Origin: an uncultured bacterium
GTDB taxonomy: Bacteria > Fidelibacterota > Fidelibacteria > Fidelibacterales > Fidelibacteraceae
Reading direction: 5' to 3'
Length of the DNA stretch: 39,152 bases
Assembly (NCBI GenBank): GCA_964606395.1
Contig: CAZSGO010000001.1
Coordinates: 14,579 to 53,730, forward strand
The translations under genes and the position numbers were made by a program. The notes beneath the pieces were generated by a model. The model was not told the DNA's origin, made no database searches, and saw only the letters and a list, made by a program, of their open reading frames with translations. Positions 9,365 through 19,890 of the stretch are shown here, one piece after another (positions within the stretch are counted from its first letter, which is position 1; each line of letters opens with the position of its first letter).

Positions 9365-9675
9365 ATCCATTCCTTATCTTTGTGCATAGCGTTCTTTTGC
9401 ACTACCGAATCGCCTACGCACGAAACTAAACGATAGTGTTTCGCCAAATACTGGCCAGGTCTTGTATAGAGGGAGAATTAATCTAAATCTACACAACAAA
9501 TCCTTCATGGAGAACAATGTAAGAGATTGCTTGTGCAAATACAAGAAAATCTTGTTGTATTTAAACATTTAACAATTTAAGAACGTTTAATGACAGAAGG
9601 CAAAAAACATATACTTTTATATGAGAACTAGCCATATCGTTGAGCAGAAGGGGTTTATGGAAGACGATATTTTAT

Positions 9676-11508
9676 TTATTTTGAAAGAAAAATCAACAAT
9701 ACCTGAATATCCGCCGGGGATATCCCCCGAATACGACTTGCTTGCCCAATTGTATCGGGTTTGAATTTTAATAATTTTTCCCGCCCCTCATTGGAAAGAG
9801 AAGTTATATTTGAATAGTTAAAATTTTGTGGGATACGTTTCGCTTCAAGCTGATTCGTTTTCTTTACTTGCTTGAGCTGTCTGTCTATATAACCCTCATA
9901 TCGTGCTTGAACATAAGCCTGGTCTATAGAATCTAAAAGGTAATCTTCAAAATAATATTTTTGTAGAGTGGGCACATCATGTTCTTCAATTTTCTGTTGA
10001 CGAATAAGTAGAGAAAGTGAAGATGTTGTGTCGATACAAATATTAAATGGATTATTGGCGGTGATGCGAGTTTTTTCAAATTTTTTATTGAGAATATACG
10101 TTTCTTTTTTAACACGTTCAAAAATATTGATCAGGGCATTATCTTGAAGGCCAATTTCTTTCGAAGCGTCCAAGAGCCTAAGGTGGGCGTTGTCCCACCG
10201 CAAAAGCAATCGATATTCGGCAAGACTTGTAAACATCCTATAGGGTTCTGAAGTTTCTTTTGAACACAGATCGTCAATAAGTACCCCGATATATGCTTCA
10301 TGTCTTTCAAGAACAAAAGGAGATTTTCCCTCGAGTTTTCTAACCGCATTTACAGAAGCCATAAAGCCCTGGGCGGCCGCTTCTTCATACCCGCTGGTGC
10401 CATTTATTTGTCCTGCAAAATACAAGCCTGAAACAATTTTTGTTTCGAGAGTGCGGTGAATTTGAAAAGAGGGGAAATAATCATATTCAATTGCATACCC
10501 TATCTTAAGAAATTCAGCTTTTTCCAACCCCGGAACAGTGCGAAGCGCCTTTATCTGAATGTCTATCGGCAATGATGAAGAAAAGCCATTTACATACCAC
10601 TGGGACGAACCGTCCCACTCGGGTTCAAGGAATAGTTGATGTTGGGTCTTATCGGAAAAACGAACGATTTTATCTTCAATGCTTGGACAATAACGTGGAC
10701 CCACTCCATCAATTTTTCCCGTGTAAAGGGGTGATCTATCCAGAGCTGATCGGAGTATTTCGTGTGTATGTTCGCTAGTATAGGCCAACCAACAGGGAAT
10801 ATTGGGTGGGTCGAATTCATAAGTCGAGTGTGAGAATGGACGCGGGTCTGTATCGCCTTCTTGTATTTCAAGTTTTGAAAAATCAATTGATCGTTTGCTT
10901 ATCCTAGAAGGGGTGCCCGTTTTAAGGCGACCAACGGTAAAACCCAAATTCCTTAATTGATCAGATAGTCCAATGGAGGGCAATTCACCGTATCGTCCCG
11001 CCGGGATCTGAACATTGCCAATATGGATCTTTCCTCTTAAAAAAGTTCCGTTCGTCAATACGCAGGCTCTTGCCTTTATTAAGGTGTTGTCGTGAAGATA
11101 TACACCACGAAATTCATTTTCTTTTATATCAAGAGCACGGACATCGGACTCGATAATATCAAGATTGTCCTGCGCACCAATAACATCTTGCATATAGCGT
11201 TCATATTTGATTTTATCTGCTTGAGCACGCGGTGACCAAACAGCTCGTCCCTTTGAGCGATTCAAGAGTTTAAATTGAATACCGGTTTTATCAATGGCCT
11301 TTGCCATTTCTCCACCAAGAACATCAAGCTCTCTGACTAGATGCCCTTTTGCCAATCCACCAATGGATGGATTGCAGCTCATACGGGCAATAGCGGATTT
11401 TTCTATCGTTATAAGGGCTGTAACCTTGCCAAGACGTGCGCTTGCCAGAGCCGCTTCTACGCCCGCATGTCCGCCACCGACGACGACGATGTCATAGCTT
11501 TTTTTCAT
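9676..11508 (-). CDS. mnmG: tRNA uridine 5-carboxymethylaminomethyl modification enzyme MnmG (GidA)
   Basis: The FAD-binding N-terminus [23 protein letters not shown] is present, and length and overall sequence are typical of GidA. The start is placed at [10 protein letters not shown]. Confidence 0.95.
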   Translation of the reverse strand: MKKSYDIVVVGGGHAGVEAALASARLGKVTALITIEKSAIARMSCNPSIGGLAKGHLVRELDVLGGEMAKAIDKTGIQFKLLNRSKGRAVWSPRAQADKIKYERYMQDVIGAQDNLDIIESDVRALDIKENEFRGVYLHDNTLIKARACVLTNGTFLRGKIHIGNVQIPAGRYGELPSIGLSDQLRNLGFTVGRLKTGTPSRISKRSIDFSKLEIQEGDTDPRPFSHSTYEFDPPNIPCWLAYTSEHTHEILRSALDRSPLYTGKIDGVGPRYCPSIEDKIVRFSDKTQHQLFLEPEWDGSSQWYVNGFSSSLPIDIQIKALRTVPGLEKAEFLKIGYAIEYDYFPSFQIHRTLETKIVSGLYFAGQINGTSGYEEAAAQGFMASVNAVRKLEGKSPFVLERHEAYIGVLIDDLCSKETSEPYRMFTSLAEYRLLLRWDNAHLRLLDASKEIGLQDNALINIFERVKKETYILNKKFEKTRITANNPFNICIDTTSSLSLLIRQQKIEEHDVPTLQKYYFEDYLLDSIDQAYVQARYEGYIDRQLKQVKKTNQLEAKRIPQNFNYSNITSLSNEGREKLLKFKPDTIGQASRIRGISPADIQVLLIFLSK

Positions 11509-11609
11509 TGACGAAATGTACACTTTGCTGAGAAAAGACAAAAGATTAAAGTAAAAAGATTAGAGAAATCGATTAAACAAGAAAACGATAATAAAAACAA
11601 AACTCTAAT

Positions 11610-12971
11610 CTATTTTCCAATGCAGAAATGATCAAAAATATTGTTAAGAACATCTTCTGACGTAGTATGTCCGGTAATATCGTCCAGCGCCGAGATCGCC
11701 TCGCGAATATCAAGCGCAAGAAACTCATTTGAAAGATTGTCAGCCAGGGCAACCATTACCCGATCTATTGAGGCGACAGCGCGTTCAAGTGCGTGCTTGT
11801 GGCGTTGCTTTGTAATGGCAATTGTATTCCCGTCGATATGATAATGCTGTTGCAATATATCCGACATAAGGTGTATAAGTTCATTTATATTATCGCGCTT
11901 AAGGGCGGAGATACAAATGGAATGTTCGGCATTAAGAAGGGGGGTATTTGAACAAAGATCAGATTTGTTATAAACGACAACAATGGGAATATCGGAATAA
12001 GTACTTAAAAAAGTGTTTTCAAAAGTTAGGTCGTCGGTTTCCAAAAGATCAACGACCAACAAGATCAAATCAGCATTAACCAAAACGTTTTTGGCTCTTT
12101 CGGTACCGATTTTTTCTATCGGATCGTCGGTATCCCTTAAGCCTGCAGTGTCAACCAATCTAAATACAACGCCATCGTGAATAAATGATTCTTCGATCGT
12201 GTCTCTAGTAGTTCCGGGAATATGGGAGATAATCGCCCGTTCTTCTTCTAGAAATGCGTTCAAGATAGATGACTTACCCGCATTGGGACGCCCGGCGATG
12301 GGCACAAGCGCTCCTTCGCGAAGGATTTTGCCTCCCGAAAAGGATTCTATAAGTGATAAAATGTGATCTTTTGCCTTGAAGAGCTTCCCGGAAAGTTCAT
12401 TTTTATCGAGCGTTGTTATTTCTTGATCAGAAAAATCAAGCTCCAGTTCGAGGATTGATGCAATATCCGTAAGTTCATTTCGTAATTTTTCTACTTTTTT
12501 AGATAATATTCCCGCCATAGTGCGGGTTGCAAGTTTTTTTCCGCTATCGGAAACCGCATGGATTAGATCTGCAACAGCCTCAGCCTGCAATAGGTCCACT
12601 TTGCCATTTATGAAAGCGCGTCTTGTGAATTCACCAGGCAGGGCCGGGCGAGCACCGAGCCTATAATAGAGCTCCAATATTGCGGGGGCCGCAGCGTAAC
12701 CGCCATGACATGAAATTTCAATTGTATCATCGCCGGTATATGACGCCGGTGATTTAAAATAGGTTACAACGACATCGTCAATGATCTCAGACGTTTCCGG
12801 ATCTCGTACTTTAGTAAAGTGTGCATAACGAACGGTTAGATCTTTAACCACGATGCCTTTTAAAGCGATCTCATATGCTTTTTCTCCCGACAAACGAATG
12901 ACCGCAATGCCTCCAACACCTGGAGGTGTGGAGATAGCAGCTATTGTATCATAATGGTCAAAAACAGACAT
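11610..12971 (-). CDS. mnmE: tRNA modification GTPase MnmE (TrmE)
   Basis: G-domain motifs GRPNAGKSSILN, DTAGLR and NKSDL are present, along with the invariant C-terminal CIGK. Confidence 0.95.
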   Translation of the reverse strand: MSVFDHYDTIAAISTPPGVGGIAVIRLSGEKAYEIALKGIVVKDLTVRYAHFTKVRDPETSEIIDDVVVTYFKSPASYTGDDTIEISCHGGYAAAPAILELYYRLGARPALPGEFTRRAFINGKVDLLQAEAVADLIHAVSDSGKKLATRTMAGILSKKVEKLRNELTDIASILELELDFSDQEITTLDKNELSGKLFKAKDHILSLIESFSGGKILREGALVPIAGRPNAGKSSILNAFLEEERAIISHIPGTTRDTIEESFIHDGVVFRLVDTAGLRDTDDPIEKIGTERAKNVLVNADLILLVVDLLETDDLTFENTFLSTYSDIPIVVVYNKSDLCSNTPLLNAEHSICISALKRDNINELIHLMSDILQQHYHIDGNTIAITKQRHKHALERAVASIDRVMVALADNLSNEFLALDIREAISALDDITGHTTSEDVLNNIFDHFCIGK

Positions 12972-15544
12972 TATTTCACCAAAAGTAATTTTTGTGTCGA
13001 AAGCGGAAAGCCGTCTTGTTTAAGCTGACAAATATAAACGCCGGTAGCCAGGTGGTGCGCATTATAAGTAAAACTATAAGTACCGGAAACAAGTTCTCGC
13101 TGAAGAATTGTTTGGATCAGTTGTCCGCGTATATTGAAAATGCTAATCTCTGTATTGCCCGCTGCTTCCAAAGTAAATTCTAAGGTCGTACTGGGATTAA
13201 AGGGATTTGGAAAAGCGCGAAGCAAAGAATAGGAATCGGGGTGATGAAATAGGGATGTTTCAACAGGTTGCAATGTAAAATAGATCTCGGGGGAAGCTCC
13301 AAGATAACCAAGATCCGGAGCGTTGCCGCTATACTCGGTGGGTGTGTACTTGATCAAATATTTATCATTAAACGTCAGGGTGGTTAGACCCCGGTCAATC
13401 GCGGGAGAGCTCGAAGAAAGAGAATAATCCGCTCCCCAAAGGGGATCAGAACCAAGAATATTGGTTAACTGAATATCGCTATTTTCTTTCGGATCCAAAA
13501 TACCCTCTTGTGCGCCACCTAAAATTGTAGTTGAAATTTCGATGTCTGAATTATTTAGTTCCAACTCAATCTCGTCGGGGTTCCACAAAATAGAATTTAA
13601 GACAAGAGAATGAGCGCTTGTTTCATTAATATAGATCATCCCGGAAGAGTCGGCGTAAGAACGGTTGTCCGCCAGAGTAGATTGAATAAGATATAACCTT
13701 GAGGATCGAAGAGCAATGCCTCCCCCTTTATTGTGGGCAATATTTTGGTCAATCAAGGTGTTGTGTAAGCGAATGTCAGAATTAATAGCATATATACCGC
13801 CACCGTATTGAGAAACCGATGAGGGTTTTTCAAGATGAGCGTTTAAAGAATCTGTAATGGCGACATTCGTTGAAATTCGGTTGTAAAAGCCAATCAATTT
13901 TGTATTGTTTTCGGCATAAATACCACCGCCCGAAGAGGCGAAATTATTTTCAATATTTACATGTGACATCATAGCCGTTGAAGATGATAAAGATAGAGCG
14001 CCACCCAAATATGCTGTGTTGTTTTTGAAATCAATATGATCTAGTGTTATGGTTGAGCCCAGGGCATAAAGGGCACCCCCACTGAAATTTGCCCGGTTGT
14101 TCTCAAAGACGATATTTTCAAGATAACAATCGGAATTTTCACAATAAAGTGCTCCGCCAAGCGTATAATTGTTATAGTAGAATCTACCTCGCCCCTCCTT
14201 AAAACCAATCCCCGAAATTTTCAGAGAATCGATATCTTTTGCTAAAATAATGGGAGCGGTAATTCCACTATCGGGAAATAATATAACCGAATCAACATAA
14301 GAGCTATCGCCACTTAACAAATATTGAGATGAAATAGTTAATGATTTATCGCTGATCTCAACACTGCCGTGATATTGGCCGGGTTTTAATAAAAGGGTAT
14401 CTAAACTTGATGAATAATCTATTGCCGCCTGAAGGCTGGCGAAGGGATCTTCAAGGGTGCCGTTTCCCCATGTATCGTTACCTGCCGTGCTGATCCAAAA
14501 ATGATGCGCATCATTTAAAAGCATGTGGCGAGATGATTCATATGCACCCATGTCGGGTGGCGCCCAATCGGGATTCGGTCGCGGGTTCCCCAATATATCA
14601 ACCCTTGGTATTCCGCTTGTATCTGGATCTGCTGCTGAGATACAGGGAGATGTTTCGAGAAGTGCGGGGTAAGCGATTTCCGAATTGATCTTTGGATCTA
14701 TAGATAGATTACCGGATCCGGGATAATTGCCCGGCACAGCCGAGTAGCGAATATCATATTGCGCGATGTCAACCGGAGGTGAAAATTCAAGAATAGAATT
14801 TGAAATTAGCGTATATGAAGAACTCAGATCCCAAACAGGAGAAGCAAAAGAATTGCCGTAAGATGTAATAAAATTAAATTCTGCCGTAGAAGCGTTCATA
14901 ATATAAGCCGGACCGGAACAGGTGTTGTTGTAAACCGCAAGATTTCTTGCAATTATCGCCGAAGTTTGATCTAAACTAAGCAATGAAGGCGAAAGAGTGT
15001 TTTTCCACGTGGAATTTTCTACAGATAGATTAGAGTTTATTAATTTGATCGCAACGGAATCATCAGATGAAAAGGCGTAATGATCAGTCTTAATATTCAT
15101 TACATCCGAATCTTTTAATATAAGGCGGTTCCGGTTAAAGAATACACCTTGAAAAATAACATCAGTGGAATTTTCGACAATAATCCCGCCGCCGTTGCCC
15201 ACATCGCTTTTGTCCAATAAAAACCCCTTAACCATTGAGCTGTCTGCATGACTAATTCTTAATAAAGGGAGAACATTTGTTGTGTCGTATAAAGCTGCGC
15301 CCGATGAAATATTATATGTTGCGGGATTGCTGATATAACTTTTTGAAAGCAGGGCGACTTTCTTACCTATGATCTCAACGGCGCCAATATTTTGATACGG
15401 ATTTGAAACGAGGACCGTATCGCCGGATAATGCCGTATCAACAGCAGCCTGTATTGTGCTTATGCTATCCGGGACACACCACGTGGCGGCAAAAATATTT
15501 GCAGCCCCAAAAAGTAACACTAGTATGTTGCGGAAGATCTTCAC
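12971..15544 (-). CDS. Secreted right-handed beta-helix repeat protein (PMP-like GGA-I/L/Y + FxxN repeats) with a T9SS C-terminal sorting domain
   Basis: There is a signal peptide (MKIFRNILVLLFGAANIFA). Repeats recur: NNRANFSGGALYA, FKNNTAYLGGALSL, ENNFASSGGGIYA, QNIAHNKGGGIAL. The C-terminus FPNPFNPSTTLEF...GVYICQLKQDG...LLLVK is typical of T9SS type A CTDs. The stop overlaps the mnmE start by 1 nt (TAATG). Confidence 0.85.
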   Translation of the reverse strand: MKIFRNILVLLFGAANIFAATWCVPDSISTIQAAVDTALSGDTVLVSNPYQNIGAVEIIGKKVALLSKSYISNPATYNISSGAALYDTTNVLPLLRISHADSSMVKGFLLDKSDVGNGGGIIVENSTDVIFQGVFFNRNRLILKDSDVMNIKTDHYAFSSDDSVAIKLINSNLSVENSTWKNTLSPSLLSLDQTSAIIARNLAVYNNTCSGPAYIMNASTAEFNFITSYGNSFASPVWDLSSSYTLISNSILEFSPPVDIAQYDIRYSAVPGNYPGSGNLSIDPKINSEIAYPALLETSPCISAADPDTSGIPRVDILGNPRPNPDWAPPDMGAYESSRHMLLNDAHHFWISTAGNDTWGNGTLEDPFASLQAAIDYSSSLDTLLLKPGQYHGSVEISDKSLTISSQYLLSGDSSYVDSVILFPDSGITAPIILAKDIDSLKISGIGFKEGRGRFYYNNYTLGGALYCENSDCYLENIVFENNRANFSGGALYALGSTITLDHIDFKNNTAYLGGALSLSSSTAMMSHVNIENNFASSGGGIYAENNTKLIGFYNRISTNVAITDSLNAHLEKPSSVSQYGGGIYAINSDIRLHNTLIDQNIAHNKGGGIALRSSRLYLIQSTLADNRSYADSSGMIYINETSAHSLVLNSILWNPDEIELELNNSDIEISTTILGGAQEGILDPKENSDIQLTNILGSDPLWGADYSLSSSSPAIDRGLTTLTFNDKYLIKYTPTEYSGNAPDLGYLGASPEIYFTLQPVETSLFHHPDSYSLLRAFPNPFNPSTTLEFTLEAAGNTEISIFNIRGQLIQTILQRELVSGTYSFTYNAHHLATGVYICQLKQDGFPLSTQKLLLVK

Positions 15545-15571
15545 AATAAAACCCCTATTTATATTAAGGTA

Positions 15572-16291
15572 TTAGTTAAGTAAATCAACCTTACCGAAAA
15601 TGGCATTCATTTCTATCGTAACAGTTTTTGCAAAACCACTTTCGGGAACATTGATACGCTTATCATCGATTTTTCCGAATATCGGTCCGCCATGTTTTAT
15701 AATTTTCCAATCGGCAGGAACCACAACACTTACGTTCCCAAAAATACCCGTGACTTCGATATAAATATTATCGTTTGGCTTAGAACCCCTAAGGTCAAGG
15801 TCCAGGTTGCCAAAAACAGCTGTTCCGTGGCCACCGGCCAATGAATCATCCCTGACAATTTCTCGTCGCGAATTAAAAAGTGTATTGATATTAAAAACAT
15901 GATCTGCGTTTGTTGAATAATGATTATCGCTAAAGCTTTCTTCACCGGAACCATTATCATTAGTGCGGTAGCGTTTCCGTGGCCAAACGATCACACCAAC
16001 CATTACCAGCATGGCCGGCCAAATCAGATCGGAAATGTCATAAATATCATGTGAGTGCAGAAGGAATAAAACCCCAAGGAAGATTAGAAAAATACCGCCG
16101 CCCCAAGAACCGCCCGGCGAAAAAACAGTAACCAAACCGATCAAAATAATGATCATGGGCCACCATTCAAGGAAAAGGTCATCGATATTCCACCAGCCAA
16201 GATTATTTCCAAGAGCCACCAAACCAAAAGTAACAAAGACCAAAGCAAGGACAATGCGAAAGATATTGTGCCTATGTGCGCCTTTTGCCAT
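15572..16291 (-). CDS. LiaF-like membrane protein (LiaI/LiaF-type TM region + DUF2154-like beta-rich C-terminal domain)
   Basis: It has about 4 N-terminal TM helices with GNNLGWWNID and WWPMIIILIG. The C-terminal half has repetitive FGN/FGK-beta segments (AVFGNLDLDL, GIFGNVSVVV, AIFGKVDLL). Confidence 0.65.
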   Translation of the reverse strand: MAKGAHRHNIFRIVLALVFVTFGLVALGNNLGWWNIDDLFLEWWPMIIILIGLVTVFSPGGSWGGGIFLIFLGVLFLLHSHDIYDISDLIWPAMLVMVGVIVWPRKRYRTNDNGSGEESFSDNHYSTNADHVFNINTLFNSRREIVRDDSLAGGHGTAVFGNLDLDLRGSKPNDNIYIEVTGIFGNVSVVVPADWKIIKHGGPIFGKIDDKRINVPESGFAKTVTIEMNAIFGKVDLLN

Positions 16292-16871
16292 TTTTCACCT
16301 CACCGGTTTTTTTTATAAAATACTCATGTATTCGTTGATCGGGCGTTAGCTCGGGATGAAAACTCGCCCCAAGATAAAGCTCAGATTCGATCAAAACGGG
16401 CATGTCGTCGCAAGTTGCGAGAACACGAACATCACTTCCAATTTTTTCAATTTGCGGCGCTCTAATGAACACAGCGTGAAACGGGTTGTCGGGATCGAAG
16501 TCAAGCACGAGATCGTCAACGAATGAATCTTTTTGTGAACCGTAAGCATTTCGTGCAACAGTTACATCCATTAATTCAAATTGATGAACCCGTGTATCGT
16601 TATTTCCCTTGCCAAGCAAGATCAATCCGGCACAGGTGCCAAAGACGGGATTTTTTAGCGCAAAGGACAGAATATCTTCAAAGCCGATACGAAACCCCAT
16701 CATCTTAGACATAGTCGTTGATTCACCACCCGGTAAAATCAAACCGTCTATTTGATCAAGTTGTTCCCGATATTTGATTATCTGTGCCTTGGCGCCCGCA
16801 AGCGAAATCGCGTGTGCATGCTTTTCATAAGCACCCTGAATTCCCAGAACACCAATATTCAAATCAGACAT
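16272..16871 (-). CDS. pdxT: Pyridoxal 5'-phosphate synthase, glutaminase subunit PdxT
   Basis: Motifs IGVLGIQGAYEKH, LILPGGESTT, GTCAG (catalytic Cys) and FHPE are present. The gene sits immediately downstream of pdxS. Confidence 0.93.
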   Translation of the reverse strand: MSDLNIGVLGIQGAYEKHAHAISLAGAKAQIIKYREQLDQIDGLILPGGESTTMSKMMGFRIGFEDILSFALKNPVFGTCAGLILLGKGNNDTRVHQFELMDVTVARNAYGSQKDSFVDDLVLDFDPDNPFHAVFIRAPQIEKIGSDVRVLATCDDMPVLIESELYLGASFHPELTPDQRIHEYFIKKTGEVKNGKRRT

Positions 16872-16885
16872 TTACTCTCCGGTGC

Positions 16886-17767
16886 TTACCAGCCGCGTTT
16901 GGCCATTTTTTCGTTTTCTTCCAAGGCAGCAGCGGAAATACCAACCATGGCTTCTTTTAAGCCTTTTGAAACTTCTGCCAAAACAGCAGGATCCATATAG
17001 TGAGTAACGGATTTTACGATAGCTTCAGCGCGTGGTTTGGGATCGTCTGATTTAAAAATACCCGAACCGACAAATACGGCTTCAGCACCCAGTTGCATCA
17101 TAAGAGATGCATCTGCGGGGGTCGCAATACCACCGGCGGCAAAATTGGGAACGGGAAGTTTGCCATTTTGGGCAACCCATTCAACCAGGGCAAAAGGTGC
17201 ACCCAGTATCTTGGCGGCCGTCATTAATTCACTTTCGTTCAGGGTGGTTAAGCGACGGATCTCGGCTGTTACTTCACGCATATGACGAACCGCTTCAACG
17301 ATATCACCGGTTCCGGGTTCACCCTTTGTGCGGATCATTGCCGCACCTTCGCCTATCCGACGAAGAGCTTCTCCAAGATTACGGCATCCGCAGACGAAAG
17401 GAACGTTAAAATCTTTTTTCCAAATATGATTTTCTTCGTCGGCCGGTGTTAAAACCTCAGATTCATCAATAAAGTCTACACCGATCTCCTGGAGGATCTG
17501 TGCTTCGGCAAAGTGGCCGATACGGCATTTTGCCATAACAGGTATAGAGACAGCTTCTTTGATCTTGAGGATCATTTCAGGATTGCTCATGCGGGAAATT
17601 CCACCAAAAGCGCGAATGTCTGCAGGTATTCTTTCCAGTGCCATAACCGCTGCCGCTCCGGCATCTTCGGCTATCTTTGCCTGTTCAACATTCATAACAT
17701 CCATAATAACGCCGCCTTTAAGCATTTCAGCCAAGCCGACCTTTACCTCAAAAGTACCTTTTTTCAT
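16886..17767 (-). CDS. pdxS: Pyridoxal 5'-phosphate synthase, lyase subunit PdxS
   Basis: The sequence is a highly conserved PdxS/SNZ type ([47 protein letters not shown]). Confidence 0.95.
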   Translation of the reverse strand: MKKGTFEVKVGLAEMLKGGVIMDVMNVEQAKIAEDAGAAAVMALERIPADIRAFGGISRMSNPEMILKIKEAVSIPVMAKCRIGHFAEAQILQEIGVDFIDESEVLTPADEENHIWKKDFNVPFVCGCRNLGEALRRIGEGAAMIRTKGEPGTGDIVEAVRHMREVTAEIRRLTTLNESELMTAAKILGAPFALVEWVAQNGKLPVPNFAAGGIATPADASLMMQLGAEAVFVGSGIFKSDDPKPRAEAIVKSVTHYMDPAVLAEVSKGLKEAMVGISAAALEENEKMAKRGW

Positions 17768-18609
17768 TTCTTTTTATCTCCATTTAAAAATTTTATATAA
17801 GTGACTATTTCCTCAATCAATTTTCCGGGCGTACTGGCGCCGGCTGTAATGCCCAGCGAAGCACAACCCTTAAGCCAGGTGGGGTTGATCTCTTCTTTAC
17901 CGGCCACCATATAGGTGTGATCGTTCAAAGAGCGAGAAACTTCGAATAGGCGTTTAGAGTTTGCTGAAGCGGGGTCGCCTATCACAATAACACAATCGTT
18001 GTTTTTTGCAAGTGAAAGTATTTCAGTTTGATTTCTGCGGGTGGGTTCACATATCGTATTAATGATACGGCAATCGCGCGACCTTGTCAACAAAAGCGGT
18101 AAGATATGTTGAACATTTTCGATCCGCTGAGTACTTTGAATTACAACACCGGTTCTTTGTTTTAATTTACACAGATCGATGTCCTCAGGTGATTCAATAA
18201 TACAGGGGTCTTGCAGGCGAGAGACGATACCTATAACCTCATCATGGTCGCGATCCCCAATAACGATGACTTGTCGGCCCTCTTCTTCCAGCTCTCGAGC
18301 ATGTCTGTGTATTTCACGTACAAGCGGGCACGTTGCATCAATTATATTAATACCCATTTCTTTTGCGGAGCGTATAATATCTATATCTGTTCCGTGGGCC
18401 CGCAATAGCAAGGGCATATTTCCAATTTTATCAAGAGAATCTACAAAAACAAGACCATTTTCTTTCAATTCGTCCATCACCACTTTATTGTGAACAAGAT
18501 CACCAAGGATAGCCACCTTTTCTTGTTTTTCAAGTGAATGGTGGGCAAGCTGGACGGCATTATTCACGCCGCTGCAAAAACCACAATGTTGGGCTACCTC
18601 AATTTTCAT
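17764..18609 (-). CDS. ispH: 4-hydroxy-3-methylbut-2-enyl diphosphate reductase IspH (LytB)
   Basis: Motifs [26 protein letters not shown] and ATCPLV fit IspH. The start is placed at MKIEV. The 47-aa upstream extension in the ORF track overlaps the preceding gene and has no IspH similarity. Confidence 0.93.
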   Translation of the reverse strand: MKIEVAQHCGFCSGVNNAVQLAHHSLEKQEKVAILGDLVHNKVVMDELKENGLVFVDSLDKIGNMPLLLRAHGTDIDIIRSAKEMGINIIDATCPLVREIHRHARELEEEGRQVIVIGDRDHDEVIGIVSRLQDPCIIESPEDIDLCKLKQRTGVVIQSTQRIENVQHILPLLLTRSRDCRIINTICEPTRRNQTEILSLAKNNDCVIVIGDPASANSKRLFEVSRSLNDHTYMVAGKEEINPTWLKGCASLGITAGASTPGKLIEEIVTYIKFLNGDKKK

Positions 18610-19624
18610 TATAGGTCTCTCTAACTTGAGCAAGCATGGCGTTAAGCACTTCGGGGTAGATATTTTCCAGGGGTCGATCGCTGACGATCCCGCTGGCATG
18701 CTTGTGACCGCCCCCGCCAAAACTACGGGCAACGGTATTGGTTGCAACAATTCCTTTTGAACGGAAATTGATACGCGTTGAACCGTCTAAACGTTCCTTG
18801 AACATAATGGCAACCTCTACACCCTCTATCATGCGCATAAAATCGGTTATTCCTTCAGTGTCCATATCACCTGCATCGTTATCTGCAAGCATTTGTCTTG
18901 TAATAATGAACCAAACTATCTTTCCATCTTCAGAAAACTGAATGTTTTTCATGATCGATGAGAACAATTTAACCCCGGAACGAGAGATATTGCCAAAAAG
19001 ATTAATATAAGTGCCATAGACATTAATGTTATATTTCATGAGTTCCGATGTAACCCGGTGTGAGTGTTCGGTTGTATTGCCAAAGCGAAAGTTTCCCGTA
19101 TCACCCGCAATAGCCGTATATAAAGCTGTTGCTATTTTTTGGTCCATGTGTTGGGGGTAACAACATTCAATGAATTCATACATTAGTTTTCCAACAGAAC
19201 AATCTTTATCATTAACGATTTCTTGCAAATAAAGCGGATTGTTTTCTTTTGGATGATGATCAATTGAAACAATGGGACGTTTTGCATCTACAGCATCATG
19301 TCCCAGTTGCCCAACACGTAAAAAGGATCCGGCATCTAAAACAAAAAGCATGTCTATTCGAGATAATAATGATTGATGTAAAGATGGCACATAGCGTTGA
19401 CAAATTTGTTCGGGATCTAAAAACTTAAGACTTTCGGGTGTAGGTGAAATATTAAAGATAAAGACTTCTTTACCCAGTTTTTTTAGAATGTAATAAAGGG
19501 CAAGTTCAGAACCGAGCCCATCTGCATCGGGATTTTGGTGTGTTGTGATTACAAAAGAGGATGCAAATTGAATCCGTTGTTCCAATTCTTTCCATTGTCT
19601 GTTTAAATTACCGTCATTTGCCAT
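18599..19624 (-). CDS. DHH/DHHA1 family phosphoesterase (NrnA-like oligoribonuclease/pAp phosphatase)
   Basis: Motifs HQNPDADGLGS, DHH (SIDHHP) and GGGGHKHASG are present. The start is placed at MANDGNL. The ORF-track start at 19732 would add a hydrophobic 36-aa extension of unclear validity. Confidence 0.85.
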   Translation of the reverse strand: MANDGNLNRQWKELEQRIQFASSFVITTHQNPDADGLGSELALYYILKKLGKEVFIFNISPTPESLKFLDPEQICQRYVPSLHQSLLSRIDMLFVLDAGSFLRVGQLGHDAVDAKRPIVSIDHHPKENNPLYLQEIVNDKDCSVGKLMYEFIECCYPQHMDQKIATALYTAIAGDTGNFRFGNTTEHSHRVTSELMKYNINVYGTYINLFGNISRSGVKLFSSIMKNIQFSEDGKIVWFIITRQMLADNDAGDMDTEGITDFMRMIEGVEVAIMFKERLDGSTRINFRSKGIVATNTVARSFGGGGHKHASGIVSDRPLENIYPEVLNAMLAQVRETYNEN

Positions 19625-19823
19625 TTTCCAAAAACTCCCAAATAGCATGTATTTTACAAAGAAAAGTGCAAAGTACAAAGGCAAAAGCACAAAGAAAAAG
19701 ATACAATATCTTGTTTTGTGATCTGGAGGCATTGTTAAATGGCTAATATGTCAATTTACCGGCTTTAGAAATTAGCAATGAGGTTCACAATAATATAAAA
19801 AGCATAATAATATTAAATCACTT

Positions 19824-19850
19824 AAAAAGGGTTCGAGATATCGAACCCTT
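19824..19850 (-). terminator. Rho-independent terminator downstream of hcp
   Basis: A 10-bp perfect stem, AAGGGTTCGA (19827..19836) pairing with TCGAACCCTT (19841..19850), closes a GATA loop. It runs into a T-tract on the minus strand. Confidence 0.7.
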
Positions 19851-19890
19851 TAGACAGTTTCGGTTTTCAGATTATGGAATTAAGCAGATA

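Noticed and set aside
9374-9568. A 64-aa ORF upstream of the RRM protein gene.
   Set aside because: It has no SD and no recognisable features, and its peptide looks like random basic sequence. The region is better explained as the promoter and 5' leader of the RRM gene.
15003-15014. Other CACGTG-centred palindromes (TTCCACGTGGAA at 15003..15014; ACCACGTGGT at 2182..2191), considered as extra copies of the mfd/dapF operator.
   Set aside because: They lie deep inside coding regions and share only the CACGTG core, not the GTTTCAC/GTGAAAC arms. A 6-bp palindrome is expected several times by chance in 39 kb.
18610-18750. N-terminal extensions in ORF-track calls: ispH to 18750, nrnA-like to 19732, hcp to 21585, hcpR from 21633, dapF from 5138, SPOR from 24145, ppiC to 1821, mnmG to 11541.
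   Set aside because: The conserved protein N-termini, signal peptides or SD sequences support internal starts. The extensions overlap neighbouring genes or regulatory palindromes. The nrnA case remains somewhat uncertain.
19827-19850. GGGTTCGAGATATCGAACCC resembles a tRNA T-arm (GGTTCGA).
   Set aside because: There is no acceptor, D or anticodon arm around it. It is a simple 10-bp hairpin followed by a T-run directly after the hcp stop, so it is an intrinsic terminator.
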